Made by a program: the position numbers and the translations under genes. Source: Chrysemys picta bellii (taxonomy: Eukaryota). From it: a DNA stretch of 64,000 nucleotides. This document shows, piece by piece, positions 63,640 to 64,000 of the stretch. Positions within the stretch are counted from its first letter, which is position 1, and each line of letters opens with the position of its first letter. The stretch is from the NCBI RefSeq assembly GCF_011386835.1, contig NC_088797.1:13702001-13766000 (forward strand), read 5' to 3'. The notes beneath the pieces are model-generated. The model was not told the origin of the DNA. It saw only the letters and a program-made list of their open reading frames with translations, and did no database searches.

Positions 63640-63820
63640 TGTTTACTTGTACTCCCGGTCTGTATCCATCTCTTGTCTGCTGTCTTCTTCTTGGATTGTA
63701 AATTCTTCGGGGCAGAGGACCATCTCTTTGTTCCCGTGTTTCTACAGCACCTACCACAATGAGGCCCTGGTCCATGATCAGGTCTGTGAGGCACTGTGGT
63801 AGTACAAATAATTTATAATA
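63640..63820 (+). mobile_element. L2-type 3' tail (LINE or SINE)
   Basis: GGATTGTAAATTCTTCGGGGCAGAGGACC...TACAAATAATTTATAATA; homologous to 42805-42990. Confidence 0.6.
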
Positions 63821-63928
63821 GAGTCTGCTATCATTCTTCCTTGTCCTAACTGTTTTTCTCAACAAATAGAAAAGGGTTATTTTTTTAAAGCTAGTGTTCA
63901 GTAACCAAAAACACTCTCATGACGACAT

Positions 63929-64000
63929 GGAGGTTGTGGAATCTCCATCTGTGGAGATATTTAAGAGTAGGTTAGATAAATGTCTATCAGGGATGGTTTA
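63929..64000 (+). mobile_element. CR1 3' region, cut by the window edge
   Basis: GGAGGTTGTGGAATCTCCATC...TTTAAGAGTAGGTTAGATAAA matches the CR1 at 29773-29820. Confidence 0.8.

Noticed and set aside
1-64000. CRISPR array or prokaryote-type system
   Set aside because: There are no regularly spaced repeats with unique spacers, and all content is consistent with a vertebrate genome.

Overview
Vertebrate non-coding DNA (large intron or gene desert). The repeat families (CR1 with ATTCTATG tails, Penelope ends reading CTACTCTGAAA, GC-rich hAT MITEs) point to a turtle genome; this is inferred from repeat content, not proven. I recognise no host protein-coding exon, tRNA, rRNA or CRISPR. The only recognisable protein remnants are broken transposon ORFs (CR1 RT, L1 ORF2, Penelope RT and GIY-YIG). 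Main signals: (1) a Penelope system, with a 2.4-kb RT/GIY-YIG copy plus short fold-back derivatives carrying minimal hammerhead ribozymes; one has a perfect 103-bp inverted repeat and one ends at the predicted self-cleavage site; (2) two locally templated insertions, a 43-bp inverted copy at a CR1 5' junction and a perfect 110-bp copy 5.48 kb from its source; (3) two ~200-bp solo LTRs with 4-bp TSDs that contain a tRNA-like Pol III promoter; (4) two hAT MITEs stacked in one palindromic 8-bp target, and MITE families with modular ends and cores; (5) two AmnSINE1-like ancient SINEs. All alignments were done by eye. Family names come from recalled consensus features, not a database search.
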